A stretch of 64,000 nucleotides of DNA from contig JAXMBJ010000006.1 of assembly GCA_046349895.1 (NCBI GenBank), forward strand, positions 3,092,051-3,156,050, written 5' to 3'. The stretch comes from Pirellulales bacterium. Its GTDB lineage: Bacteria > Planctomycetota > Planctomycetia > Pirellulales > Pirellulaceae. Below the pieces are notes generated by a model. The model worked only from the letters and a program-made list of their open reading frames with translations. It did not search any database and was not told where the DNA came from. The translations under genes were made by a program, and so were the position numbers. How positions within the stretch are numbered: position 1 is the stretch's first letter; each line of letters opens with the position of its first letter. Positions 51,428-61,311 of this stretch are shown piece after piece.

Positions 51428-52684
51428 CTAACCCCGTGTCTCGCACACCAGCTGCGGCGCTGAGGACCCCGCGACGGCATGCGGTACGGTCACGAACCAA
51501 GCCGCAATCGCCAGCCCACTCGACACTGCAGCGAATCCCATCATCAGCGGCAGAAAGCTACCGAAGCGAGCCTCTCCCTGAGCGACGATCAGAGGACCGA
51601 CAGCTGAAGCCAGGACGGTCATCGTTTGCGCGGCACCTTGAATGCGACCGAGGTGCTGCGGTCCGTAGGCATGAACCCAGACGGCAAAGAAGAGGACCGT
51701 AATCACACCGCCACTCACTCCGCCCAGCACGGCCTGCAAATACGCTTCGGTCGGTGATCGCAATTGCGGCAAGAGAAACAGTGATACGGCAAAGGTCGCC
51801 AAACCGAACGACAACAGCCGCGACATGGAGACGTGACGCGTCAACCAGCCACCGACCAAGTTGGCGATCATCCCTGTGATCAAACCAATGATCAGCGATG
51901 TGTGGTAGACCTGCTCGGACAGGCCGCGTTCGGCCAGCACCAGCTGCATGAACAGACTCACCCCCGCACTGATCATCCCGAAGAATGAGACACCGATCGC
52001 AAAGATCCAGAAACATCCCGATCGGACCGCTTCGCTCAACGAGACACCGCCCAATTCGTCGCCCGCCTGGCTCGACACCAACGCCTGATCACGGTGCGGG
52101 GGCCGCAGCGCTAAGGCGGCAGTGAACGGGGTCAGCACCAGCAGCACAATGGCCGTGTCGCGCCAAGCTCCTCGCCAGCCGGCCGCTGAGACGTGCTGGC
52201 CGAGCAACCCGGTCGCCGCGGCCAGCAGTACGGTCATCAACACGGCGAAGCTCCCCATGCCCCAGGCCGAATTGCGCCCAAACCACTTGCCCAACATGGC
52301 CACGCTGATGACCGACAGCATGCTTTGACCGAACCCACGGCTCAAGGTCAGCATCACCGCCAGCCCCCAGACCTCCGTCGCTTGACTCATCGCCCACACC
52401 GAACCCGCTAGGCAGATCATCACCATGACCAGTACCGGTCGCACTCCCAATCGGTCGAGCAACCAGCCACACGGCAAGCAGAAAAGACTGCTGATTAACG
52501 TGGCGACCAGGTTCAGCTGAGCAAAACCGGTGGCGTCCAGCGACGGGAGGTCGTCGAGCAATCGAGTGGTGATCAGCCCGAGTCCATAGGTGCGGGCAGG
52601 GAGCGTCGCGGCCATCGCTAAAGACGCCGCCACCACCACCGACACCGCTGCTGCACGCGAAGTCCGAGATCGTTCTTCCATCAT
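51428..52684 (-). CDS. MFS transporter
   Basis: 12 hydrophobic segments, LDRLGVRPVLVMVM motif region. Confidence 0.8.
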   Translation of the reverse strand: MMEERSRTSRAAAVSVVVAASLAMAATLPARTYGLGLITTRLLDDLPSLDATGFAQLNLVATLISSLFCLPCGWLLDRLGVRPVLVMVMICLAGSVWAMSQATEVWGLAVMLTLSRGFGQSMLSVISVAMLGKWFGRNSAWGMGSFAVLMTVLLAAATGLLGQHVSAAGWRGAWRDTAIVLLVLTPFTAALALRPPHRDQALVSSQAGDELGGVSLSEAVRSGCFWIFAIGVSFFGMISAGVSLFMQLVLAERGLSEQVYHTSLIIGLITGMIANLVGGWLTRHVSMSRLLSFGLATFAVSLFLLPQLRSPTEAYLQAVLGGVSGGVITVLFFAVWVHAYGPQHLGRIQGAAQTMTVLASAVGPLIVAQGEARFGSFLPLMMGFAAVSSGLAIAAWFVTVPHAVAGSSAPQLVCETRG

Positions 52685-52907
52685 GTCAGTCGTTCAGTTC
52701 CCCCCGAGCCTCGATCTGCCAAGCCTCGATCTGCCATTTCCGGCCGACATTTTAATGGACGGCCGACATTGATGCGACCATCTTCTGATGCGACCGCCGC
52801 CGTGGCCGGACGGAACCGATAGACGCGACCCCACAGTTCCGGTACTCTGGAGACGACTCGTTGCCACCCGCTCGATCCGCATCGCCAGCGTGGAGGTCCA
52901 GCCGAAC

Positions 52908-54305
52908 ATGTTGGATGAAATGAAACATCGGCAGCGCACTCGTCACGATGACGGGGCGGCCGGTTCGAGCAGGCGCGTCGGCCGTCGTCGGATGCTGAGC
53001 TGGGGAGCGGCCAGCGCGATGGCCGCACTCTGGGGGCCGTGGGCACGGACGGCGTCGGCCGACAGTGCGCGTGCGGCGCGGGCCAAATCGGTGATCTTGA
53101 TTTTCAATTGCGGCGCGCCGAGCCATATCGATCTGTGGGACATGAAGCCGAATGCACCCGACTCGATCCGCGGTGAATTTCGGCCGATCTCGACTCGGGT
53201 CCCCGGCATGCTCGTTTCCGAACTGATGCCGCACGTGGCCGAGGTGATGGACAAGCTGACGGTGATCCGCACCCTACACCACGAACATGCTCAACACAAT
53301 GCGGGCATGTACTGGTCGATCGTCGGGCGTCCCTACTCGGTCGACAGCACGCTGATCAATCCTTCACCTACGGACTTCCCCAGCTTCGGCACGCTCGTTG
53401 GCTGGTTGGCACACCAATCGGGTTACCGTGGAGCCATCCCGCCGTACGTGATCACCCCGCGTCCGCACTGCGACAGTTTCCAGTACATCACACCGGGACA
53501 GTATGGCGGTTGCCTGGGAGCCAGTTTTGATCCGTGGGTGCTGAACCGCGATCCTAACGAGCCGAACTTTCGCGTTCCCGGCCTGAAGCTGGAACCGGGC
53601 CTGTCGGTCGGGAGATTGCAGGAGCGGCGCGAGCTGCTGCAGCGGCTGGAACAAACCGGCACGCCCATCGCACTGCCGGGCGCGACCGAGCTTGACATGC
53701 AGCGAGACAAGGCGTTTGCCATGGTTGCGTCGCCTGAGGTGAGCGAGGCATTTGACTTGAGTCGCGAGCCGGCGTCGGTCCGCGATCGCTACGGCCGTCA
53801 CTCCTGGGGCCAGTCGCATCTATTGGCCCGCAGGCTGATTGAGGCGGGGAGCCGGATGGTGACCACGGTGAACGGGCCGAGCATCACCTGGGACACCCAC
53901 ATCAACAACTTCTCGCGAATGCGGAACGAGCTGGTACCGCCGATGGAACAAGCGTTCGCGGCGTTGATCGAGGACCTCGACGAACGCGGATTGCTGGATG
54001 AAACCATCGTGGTCTGGCTCGGCGATTTCGGCAGGACTCCGCAGATCAACGCTCAGGCCGGCCGCGATCACTGGCCGCAATGCTTTACCGCCGTGATCGC
54101 TGGTGGCGGAGTCCCTGGCGGGCAATATGTCGGCCAGTCGGATCAACTGGGCGCCTACCCCGTGTCGCGGCCCGTGACTCCGGCCGATCTGCACGCCACC
54201 GTGTTCCGGTTGCTGGGTTACGACCCGGCCACGATCAGCTACCGGTCGGCCGACGGTCGGCCCATTCCCGTGTCGACTGGTACGCCCATCACCGAACTGC
54301 TGTAG
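52908..54305 (+). CDS. DUF1501 (sulfatase-like) Tat-secreted protein
   Basis: Twin-arginine signal SRRVGRRRMLSWGAASAMAAL. Conserved DUF1501 blocks (ILIFNCGAPSHIDLWDMKP, DHWPQCFTAVIAGGG). ATG at 52908 verified. Confidence 0.8.
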   Translation: MLDEMKHRQRTRHDDGAAGSSRRVGRRRMLSWGAASAMAALWGPWARTASADSARAARAKSVILIFNCGAPSHIDLWDMKPNAPDSIRGEFRPISTRVPGMLVSELMPHVAEVMDKLTVIRTLHHEHAQHNAGMYWSIVGRPYSVDSTLINPSPTDFPSFGTLVGWLAHQSGYRGAIPPYVITPRPHCDSFQYITPGQYGGCLGASFDPWVLNRDPNEPNFRVPGLKLEPGLSVGRLQERRELLQRLEQTGTPIALPGATELDMQRDKAFAMVASPEVSEAFDLSREPASVRDRYGRHSWGQSHLLARRLIEAGSRMVTTVNGPSITWDTHINNFSRMRNELVPPMEQAFAALIEDLDERGLLDETIVVWLGDFGRTPQINAQAGRDHWPQCFTAVIAGGGVPGGQYVGQSDQLGAYPVSRPVTPADLHATVFRLLGYDPATISYRSADGRPIPVSTGTPITELL

Positions 54306-54308
54306 GTA

Positions 54309-55544
54309 ATGTTCGTGAGCGACGAGATAGTGCCAGCCGAACCAGCTCGACCGCTGAAGCCGCAAGTGAAATACTCCGAGACGGCAGACACGCTGATCTT
54401 GCATCGCCGGAATCGGGGCGGTTGCGTTGCGATCTTCCTTGCCGTCTGGCTGACTGGATGGACGCTTGGCTGCATCGCCATGGCCGTCGCGATCATTGCC
54501 AAGCCTTCGCTGGGCATGGTGGCTTTCGGTATCCCGTTCTGGGTCGCCTGGCTCTTCGTGGCCGGTATGTGGACGTGGATGACCTTTGGCACCGAGACCC
54601 TGGTGCTGGGCCCTGCGACGGCCACCTGCCTCCGCACGGCGATCATCAAGCTCTCGAGCCGTTCGATCCCTCGATCAGAATGCGTCCGGTTTCAACGTTG
54701 CGAAGGGATCCAGAATGACAATGGACGGGGAGCGCCGGGCATTGAACTGCAGACGCTTGGCCAGCCGTTGCGAATCATGTACGGAGTTGCGGAGGACGAG
54801 CTCGCATGGCTGTTGTTTCAGCTGAACAACTTCATCGGGTATGTGCCCCCTGTCGAAGATCGGCGGCAAGCAGCCGAGCTGATCGGATCGGCCGTTGCTG
54901 CACCGGAGCCCGAAGTCGATATTGAGCTCACGGACGACCAGACGCTGCCGACTCCACCTTCCGACAGCGCCTGGCGACTGGACGATGACGGCTGGACATT
55001 CACACTCAGCCGGCGCGGCCGGCTCAACATGGCCCTCACAGGCGGATTGCTGTTCGCCACCCTGTTTTGGAACGGGATCGTATCGGTCTTCGTACTCCTG
55101 CTGCTGGGCGTGATGCCAACCGATAAGCCGCCCCAAGGCAAGGAATGGTGGGGGCTGTTCTTTTTTCTCATTCCCTTTGAGCTGATCGGCCTGGTGCTGC
55201 TGCTGGCGTTTCTGTCAGTCGTGCTCGCCCCCTGGCGGAAAACTCGCTGGAGGTTCGACCGTGACCAGCTAGTACGCCTATCAAGTCTGCTGGCCTTCCA
55301 GCGGACCAAGACTTGGCCACTGACAAGTCCCGTGCGACTCGAATTGCGGTCAGGGCCGGATGTTAGTCTCCGGCGCTCACAACCGACGCTCGGCTCACAT
55401 GCCGATAGTTCCTGGTCGGTGGTGCTGGTGGCGGAAGACGGAACCGATGTCTGTGCCATCGAGGAGTTAACCGAGGGCGAAGGACGCTGGATCGGACACC
55501 TGATCCGCGACCGTCGTCCCGACTGGGTGCGCGACCACTCGTAG
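54309..55544 (+). CDS. hypothetical membrane protein with internally duplicated architecture
   Basis: Two similar halves, each with two TM helices followed by a soluble segment. Start is 3 nt after the DUF1501 stop. Confidence 0.55.
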   Translation: MFVSDEIVPAEPARPLKPQVKYSETADTLILHRRNRGGCVAIFLAVWLTGWTLGCIAMAVAIIAKPSLGMVAFGIPFWVAWLFVAGMWTWMTFGTETLVLGPATATCLRTAIIKLSSRSIPRSECVRFQRCEGIQNDNGRGAPGIELQTLGQPLRIMYGVAEDELAWLLFQLNNFIGYVPPVEDRRQAAELIGSAVAAPEPEVDIELTDDQTLPTPPSDSAWRLDDDGWTFTLSRRGRLNMALTGGLLFATLFWNGIVSVFVLLLLGVMPTDKPPQGKEWWGLFFFLIPFELIGLVLLLAFLSVVLAPWRKTRWRFDRDQLVRLSSLLAFQRTKTWPLTSPVRLELRSGPDVSLRRSQPTLGSHADSSWSVVLVAEDGTDVCAIEELTEGEGRWIGHLIRDRRPDWVRDHS

Positions 55545-55698
55545 CCGCATAACCTCGCCGCTGTGACTGACAGTGCACGGGGACACTTTCGCCATTCACG
55601 CCACGCATTGCGGACCATTCGGGCGATTCGCCATCGCGACAGTTACCAGAATTGGGACGTGAAACTGAGGGCCGCTGTCGGCGATGGACGGTGAGCTC

Positions 55699-56190
55699 TC
55701 AGGCCAAATTCTGCCCGACGGGGGTGGCGTTGTTGAGCAGTATCTCCCGGACGCTGCTCCGAATCGTCTGGCAGTAGTCGTCGAGCTTCAGATCGTCCTG
55801 GCTCATCCCGAAAGAACCTTCAATCTCCTCAGCGACCATTTCCAGGCCGATCATGAAGTAGGCCAGCATCGCTTCAGCCGGGATCGACCAGTAGGCGAAG
55901 TTATCCAGCATGGCCCAGGGCAAGGTCAGCAGGTAGATGGCGATCGATTGGCGGATGAACCAGCGATACGAGACCGATATCGGCGACTTCTGCACGCGTT
56001 CGCAGGCCCCGCAGATCTGCATCAGCGACGCGGCATGGGGATCCAGAAACAGCAACTCGAATCCCCCCAGCTGCTCGGCTCGCCTCCATTGCTCCAGCTG
56101 ACCGTAAATCCGGGCCGACACGTAGGCGGGCACATGAGCCGGGCGATCGGTTACCTGTTTGAATCCCGGCAGGGACTGCAGATGCGATTC
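55699..56190 (-). pseudogene. bestrophin/UPF0187 (YneE-like) channel gene remnant: only the C-terminal about 160 aa are present
   Basis: ICGACERVQKSPISVSYRW...YFMIGLEMVAEEIEGSFG matches E. coli YneE GCERIAYTPIPFAY...LAEELEDPFG (recalled from memory). The upstream part of the ORF is encoded by the CT-rich microsatellite and a palindromic repeat. Confidence 0.5.
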
Positions 56191-56200
56191 CCCCCGCAAT

Positions 56201-56400
56201 TGTGGTGCGGGCGTCTCGCCTGCCTCTCTGCCCCCTCTGCCTCTCTCTGCGCCTCTGCGCCTCTGCGCCTCTGCGCCTCTCTCTGCCTCTCTCTGCCTCT
56301 CTCTGCCTCTCTCTGCCTCTCTCTGCCTCTCTGCCTCTCTCTGCCTCTCTGCCTCTCTGCGCCCTCTGCTTCTCTGCGTTGAAACCTCCGCCTTCTCTTG
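56201..56400. repeat. single palindromic-repeat unit (56201-56228) followed by a CT-rich microsatellite (GCCTCTCT/GCGCCTCT units)
   Basis: Read directly. The microsatellite is in-frame on the minus strand as REAERQ repeats. Confidence 0.8.
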
Positions 56401-56456
56401 TGCCCCCTGCGTTGAAAAATTCTTCTCTGCGAAGCCGTTGTTGTGCGCCGTTCCCA

Positions 56457-57167
56457 TCACGAACAAATCCAGATCGCCAGGCGCACGATCACCGGCACGT
56501 AGAATGGCATGAGGAGCACGAGCCAACCGACGACGGCGAGTATATCGGCATTTGAGGGTTCGTTGATCCGCGGACGCAGCCACCCCAGAGAGACCCCTGT
56601 CATGCGACCCAGGTGTTCGGGGAACCAGATACAAGCCAGCGGCAACAGCAGACCAAGAATCGCCCGATACTTGCGGTGAGGTCGGAGGTGAGAATTCAGC
56701 ACCAGGTAGACAATGACCAGAGCGACGAGCCCCGAGGCCAGCTTCGACCGGGTCACCCGCCGGAATAGCTCCAGGCGCCGCGATGCGGCCATCTCAGCCG
56801 CCATCGCCACGGCCAGCTGCCGTACGTTCGGCGTTCCCGTCCGGTAGGCGACCAACTGAGCCAGCTGGCCCGACTCCAGCCACACTCCGCCACATCGGCC
56901 GCACTTTTTGACCGTGATTCCCGAGTCATAAGCGTAGTTGTTCTGGCGCAGCTCAGCAGCACACTTGGGACACTCGATGGCTTCCGACCGCAACCGGTCG
57001 GGCGTTACGGAAAGCCGTCCGGTTATCTCCGACGGGACCGATGAGCAGACAACCGTCCCTAACTCCAGATCGTCCAGCCACAGTCCGTGACAGACTTCAC
57101 AACGGTCGAGCTCCACCCCCGCCACGACCTCGCGCGACAAATCGATCTGGCAATGAGGGCACTTCAT
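56457..57167 (-). CDS. double zinc-ribbon protein with C-terminal TM helices (possibly the detached N-terminal part of the disrupted bestrophin gene)
   Basis: CPHC...CEVCHGLWLD and CPKC...CGRCGGVWLE zinc ribbons, then 3 TM helices. ATG verified. Reading frame differs from the bestrophin remnant. Confidence 0.5.
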   Translation of the reverse strand: MKCPHCQIDLSREVVAGVELDRCEVCHGLWLDDLELGTVVCSSVPSEITGRLSVTPDRLRSEAIECPKCAAELRQNNYAYDSGITVKKCGRCGGVWLESGQLAQLVAYRTGTPNVRQLAVAMAAEMAASRRLELFRRVTRSKLASGLVALVIVYLVLNSHLRPHRKYRAILGLLLPLACIWFPEHLGRMTGVSLGWLRPRINEPSNADILAVVGWLVLLMPFYVPVIVRLAIWICS

Positions 57168-57347
57168 GACCGACTACTTCTCCGCCTGCTATACTAACCC
57201 ATGATTTGGGGGCGATATAGAGTCAGCATATGTCGTTACCGTCAAATGATTTGAAGTCCACTTGGCCGCGTGAGAATCACCGAGGACACACGGCAAGGCC
57301 CGCGCGCGCAAGGCACGGCTAAGGGACGCGATCAGGCAAACCAGGCA

Positions 57348-57512
57348 GCAGTTCCAGGCAGGCGGGACGCCTGCACCACAATGGAACCGAGGCAGGCGGG
57401 ACGCCCGCACCACAATGGAACCGAGGCAGGCGGGACGCCCGCACCACAATGGAACCGAGGCAGGCGGGACGCCCGCACCACAATTGATTTCAGGCAGGCG
57501 GGACGCCCGCAC
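57348..57512. repeat. five tandem 34-bp copies of GGCAGGCGGGACGCCCGCACCACAATGGAACCGA directly upstream of the GNAT start codon
   Basis: Read directly. The last copy ends 17 nt before the ATG at 57529. Confidence 0.85.
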
Positions 57513-57528
57513 CACAATGGAACTGATT

Positions 57529-58314
57529 ATGAATCGACCGGTAGACGTCCAGATCGACGTGACGAGGGCTCTGAACGAGCAGCTGGTCGGCCTGCGGACC
57601 CGGTACCGCGACGAAGCACATACTCAGATCGTCCACGATTCGCTGCACAATCGACCCGGCTGGACCGAAGGCTACCTGCTGCAGATCGATGGCCATCCCG
57701 CCGGACTCGCTTCGATCGCCATCGCCGGACCCTGGCAGGATCGACCGACCATCTACGAATACTATCTGCTCCCTGAGTTCCGTCAGCATGCATTTGCCGT
57801 CTTCGAGCAGTTCCAACGAGTCAGCGGCGGACGGTTTTTCGAGGTGCAGACCAGCGACGAGCTGCTGGCGGTCATGCTCCATACATACGGCCACCAGATC
57901 GCCACGGAGAAGATCGTCTTTCGCGATCTGCTGACCACGCATCACACGGTTCCAGGAGCCAAGCTGGTGTGGGAGACCGATCGACCGCTGATTGAACAGG
58001 CGATGCACGAACGACGCGGCGGGGGCGAATGGAAACTCACGCTGCACGCACAGCCGGTCGGCAAAGGGGGACTGCTGTTCCACTACAACCCGCCCTATGG
58101 CGACATCTGGATGGAGATCGAGGAACCCTACCGCCGGCAAGGCTTAGGAAGCTACCTGGTGCAGGAGATCAAGCAGATCGCCTATCAGCTCGGCGCAATT
58201 CCGGCCGCTCGGTGCAATTTCGACAACATCGCGTCGCGGCGGACTCTGCAACGAGCGGGGTTCGTGCCATACGCATCTATTCTGCTGGGCGAGGTCGCTG
58301 CCAGCTCGGCTTAA
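57529..58314 (+). CDS. GNAT-family N-acetyltransferase
   Basis: C-terminal acetyl-CoA motif RRQGLGSYLV; ATG at 57529 verified. Confidence 0.7.
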   Translation: MNRPVDVQIDVTRALNEQLVGLRTRYRDEAHTQIVHDSLHNRPGWTEGYLLQIDGHPAGLASIAIAGPWQDRPTIYEYYLLPEFRQHAFAVFEQFQRVSGGRFFEVQTSDELLAVMLHTYGHQIATEKIVFRDLLTTHHTVPGAKLVWETDRPLIEQAMHERRGGGEWKLTLHAQPVGKGGLLFHYNPPYGDIWMEIEEPYRRQGLGSYLVQEIKQIAYQLGAIPAARCNFDNIASRRTLQRAGFVPYASILLGEVAASSA

Positions 58315-58341
58315 CTTCGACATCAGGACTAGGTACCTCCC

Positions 58342-59298
58342 ATGGCCCGCTGCAATACGTGGATCTGTGCCGCTGTATCGTGGTTCGCCATCGGCTGCGT
58401 CCTGCTCGACGCTGCCTCGGCCGACGATCCGCCTGCTCCGGCCAGCAGCCACGACCCGGCCGCATCGCTGTCGGCCAAGCATCCCAATGACGTCGGATTG
58501 GCCGAGGATCCCGACGTGCTGTTCGCGGACAATTTCGAATCGGGGGATCTTTCGAAGTGGGACGAACGACGCGGTCAGATCGTTACCACTCAAACCACAC
58601 CCCACCGCGGTGACTGGTGCGTGGCGATTCCTATGGAGCGGGGCAAGAACGAAGGGGGCGATGCCATCCAATGGTTCCTGCCCGGCGACGATAGGGTCTA
58701 CGCCAGATTCTACGTGAAGTTCTCCGAAAACTATCAGTACAACCACCACTTCGTCACCCTGCTGGCCAATCAGCGACAGAATCGATGGTCAGCCTTTGGC
58801 AAAGCAGGACTGCGGCCCAATGGGACTTATTTCTCCAGCGGTATGGAACCCTGGTTCGCGTGGGGACAGAATCCGCCGCCAGGTGAAGTGAATCTCTACT
58901 CGTACTTCCTCGATATGAAACCGGACCGCAAGACAGGCAAATACTGGGGCAACGCATTCTTTCCGCCCGGCCCGGCAAGCGGTCAGGCGGCCAGCGACAA
59001 GCGTGTGATACCACTCCGCGACCAATGGCAATGCTGGGAGTTCATGATCCAAGTGAATACTTCACCCGACAAATCTGACGGCCGGCAAGCGATGTGGGTC
59101 GACGGCCAGCTGGTCGGCGAGTTCTCAGGCATCCGGTGGCGGAGCGATCCTGAGCTGAAAGTGAATTGTCTGTGGCTGCAGCACTATGGATTCGACCCGG
59201 GAGATCCGACGAAGCAATTCTGGCCCGCAGCTCAATCAGTCTGGTTCGATGATGTGGTCGTCGCCCGTCGCTACATCGGCCCCGTACACCAGCCCTGA
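58342..59298 (+). CDS. secreted concanavalin-A-like (polysaccharide-lyase-like) protein
   Basis: Signal peptide; beta-rich sequence with WFDDVVVA near the C-terminus. Confidence 0.5.
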   Translation: MARCNTWICAAVSWFAIGCVLLDAASADDPPAPASSHDPAASLSAKHPNDVGLAEDPDVLFADNFESGDLSKWDERRGQIVTTQTTPHRGDWCVAIPMERGKNEGGDAIQWFLPGDDRVYARFYVKFSENYQYNHHFVTLLANQRQNRWSAFGKAGLRPNGTYFSSGMEPWFAWGQNPPPGEVNLYSYFLDMKPDRKTGKYWGNAFFPPGPASGQAASDKRVIPLRDQWQCWEFMIQVNTSPDKSDGRQAMWVDGQLVGEFSGIRWRSDPELKVNCLWLQHYGFDPGDPTKQFWPAAQSVWFDDVVVARRYIGPVHQP

Positions 59299-59556
59299 CC
59301 GGCCCACCAGCCCTGACCGGCCCTACATCCGGACTGACCTGACCAACCGGTGCCGTCCCAACCGGACCACCGCTCGCTCAGCGAACTTCAAGTGGCCGGT
59401 CGATGGTCCTCAATATAGACTCGGATGAATCTGGCTGACGGTCGGGCTGAGCTACCTATGTTGCGCAGCCGTGGGCCGTCCAGCGAGCGTGGTTAGTCGC
59501 CGGACACCCGTCGACGCAGAACCACAGCTCGAACTCACAGACGGGCACACGAGACT

Positions 59557-60312
59557 ATGGGTTTCCTCGGCGGCGAAATTGGTTACCGACTGCTCAAGTC
59601 GATCAGCCGTACGGGCGAGACGGGCTACATGGACGGCAGCGCCTACGCGCACGTCAGTAAACTCGAAACGCTCCTGGGCCCCGATATCTGGGACCGAATT
59701 CGCGGCCGATCGGTGATCGATTTTGGCTGTGGCGCCGGCGGTGAAGCCATCGAGATCGCTCAACATGGAGCTGCCCGAGTCGAAGGGATTGATATCCAAG
59801 AAAAATGGCTCGCGGTGGCGCGCGAGGAAGCGGCGAAGGCGGGGATTAGCGACCGCTGCCGATTCGCCACAGCGGCCAGCGAACCGGCCGACGTCGTCGT
59901 CGCCATCGACTCCTTCGAACACGTCGACGACCTGGGCGGCGTCCTCGCCTACATCGCCGGGATGCTCAAACCCGACGGCTACCTCCTGGCCGCCTTCGGC
60001 CCCACCTGGTATCACCCCCTCGGCGGCCACCTGTTCTCTGTCTTCCCCTGGGCTCATCTCATCTTCACCGAACGAGCTCTGCTGCGCTGGCGAGCTGACT
60101 TCAAGGACGACGGAGCCACTCGGTTCCATGAAGTGGCCGGCGGATTGAACCAGATGACCATCGGCAGATTCGAACGGCTCGTCGCTGCCAGCCCATTGAA
60201 GTTCGCCGAATTCGAAGCACGCCCCATCCAGAAACTCCGCCCACTCGCTAACCGCCTGACACGCGAGTTCACCACAGCCATCGTCCGCTGCAAACTCGTC
60301 CATCGCCGCTAA
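59557..60312 (+). CDS. class I SAM-dependent methyltransferase
   Basis: VIDFGCGAGGEAIEIA motif I; preferred over the overlapping antisense ORF 59452-60303. Confidence 0.75.
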   Translation: MGFLGGEIGYRLLKSISRTGETGYMDGSAYAHVSKLETLLGPDIWDRIRGRSVIDFGCGAGGEAIEIAQHGAARVEGIDIQEKWLAVAREEAAKAGISDRCRFATAASEPADVVVAIDSFEHVDDLGGVLAYIAGMLKPDGYLLAAFGPTWYHPLGGHLFSVFPWAHLIFTERALLRWRADFKDDGATRFHEVAGGLNQMTIGRFERLVAASPLKFAEFEARPIQKLRPLANRLTREFTTAIVRCKLVHRR

Positions 60313-60339
60313 ATGAACCCCGGCGACAGAATTGAGTCG

Positions 60340-61113
60340 TCAGGCTGAGCTCGCTCGCGATGATCCACGTCGCATGATGAACGCGACCCATGGACTCAGG
60401 TTGGCGACTCGTTGCAGTCCCAGCGAACGCTCCAACTGGACGCACGGAGCGATCCAGGGCGAATCGCTGGTCCTACCAAACAGAAACCAACAGAATCCCC
60501 GTTCGGCGACCAGCGTATATCCTCGCCGCTGCATTTCCTTTTTCCAGCGCGGATAGGAACACGGAAAACTGTCAAATCCGCCGGTGACTCGAGCTTTGAG
60601 ATGGGCTAATTGGCCACGGAACGATGAGCGATTGAAGAAGATGCCCATCATCACCCCGTCGTCGGCCAGCACTCGATCGGCCTCGGCTGGAAACCAATCC
60701 GACGCCATGACCGCAGGGACCTCGATACAAACCAGTAACCGGACCGATCCCGATTCGCACGGCAATGTCGTCTCGTCCGGTGACACCTGGACGCAGCGAG
60801 CCGTCGGAACCTTCCGACGGCAGACGGCCAAGGTCGCCGGATTGACCTCAGTACACGTCATATCCCAGCTCAGATCGGTCAACAACCGCGTCCAGCGACC
60901 GCCTTCACAGCCAACCTCCAGCGCTGCGGTCGGCTCACCGGCCAGCTCATGAGCGTCCATCAGCATGTGACGCTCAATCTCAGTGATGTACGCCCCCCAC
61001 CGACTCTTGGCGGCGACGTCGCAGTAAGTCTCCAGGTCCGACGGCGTATCAAGCAACTGGGCCATGTCCCTCTCCGATACGGTTAGCACTGAACGAGGGT
61101 CCCACGGGTCCAT
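60340..61113 (-). CDS. class I SAM-dependent methyltransferase
   Basis: ALEVGCEGGRW motif I and acidic motif II; ATG verified. Confidence 0.7.
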   Translation of the reverse strand: MDPWDPRSVLTVSERDMAQLLDTPSDLETYCDVAAKSRWGAYITEIERHMLMDAHELAGEPTAALEVGCEGGRWTRLLTDLSWDMTCTEVNPATLAVCRRKVPTARCVQVSPDETTLPCESGSVRLLVCIEVPAVMASDWFPAEADRVLADDGVMMGIFFNRSSFRGQLAHLKARVTGGFDSFPCSYPRWKKEMQRRGYTLVAERGFCWFLFGRTSDSPWIAPCVQLERSLGLQRVANLSPWVAFIMRRGSSRASSA

Positions 61114-61311
61114 ATCTTACCCGATCCCTACGCCCAGTCGACCGATTTATTCCGGAAAACATCCGCGTCCAATTGACTCGGAATTCCAGTCTCGGAAAAT
61201 GGCGAACTGAACATTCAGGGCCGGCGCCATCGGTGATGTAACTCAGCCTATGGCATCGGGCGACATGATTCGGCAAGCGTTGCCGGCCAAGGGAGGGGCA
61301 CCAGTCGATCG

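Noticed and set aside
55699-56634. Treating ORF 55699-56634 as one intact 311-aa protein
   Set aside because: Its N-terminal 150 aa are translations of the microsatellite, the palindromic repeat and the 3' end of the upstream ORF in another frame. Only the C-terminal part has family similarity.
59452-60303. 283-aa minus-strand ORF overlapping the methyltransferase gene
   Set aside because: The plus-strand product has a clear SAM-binding motif I (VIDFGCGAGG). The antisense translation has none.
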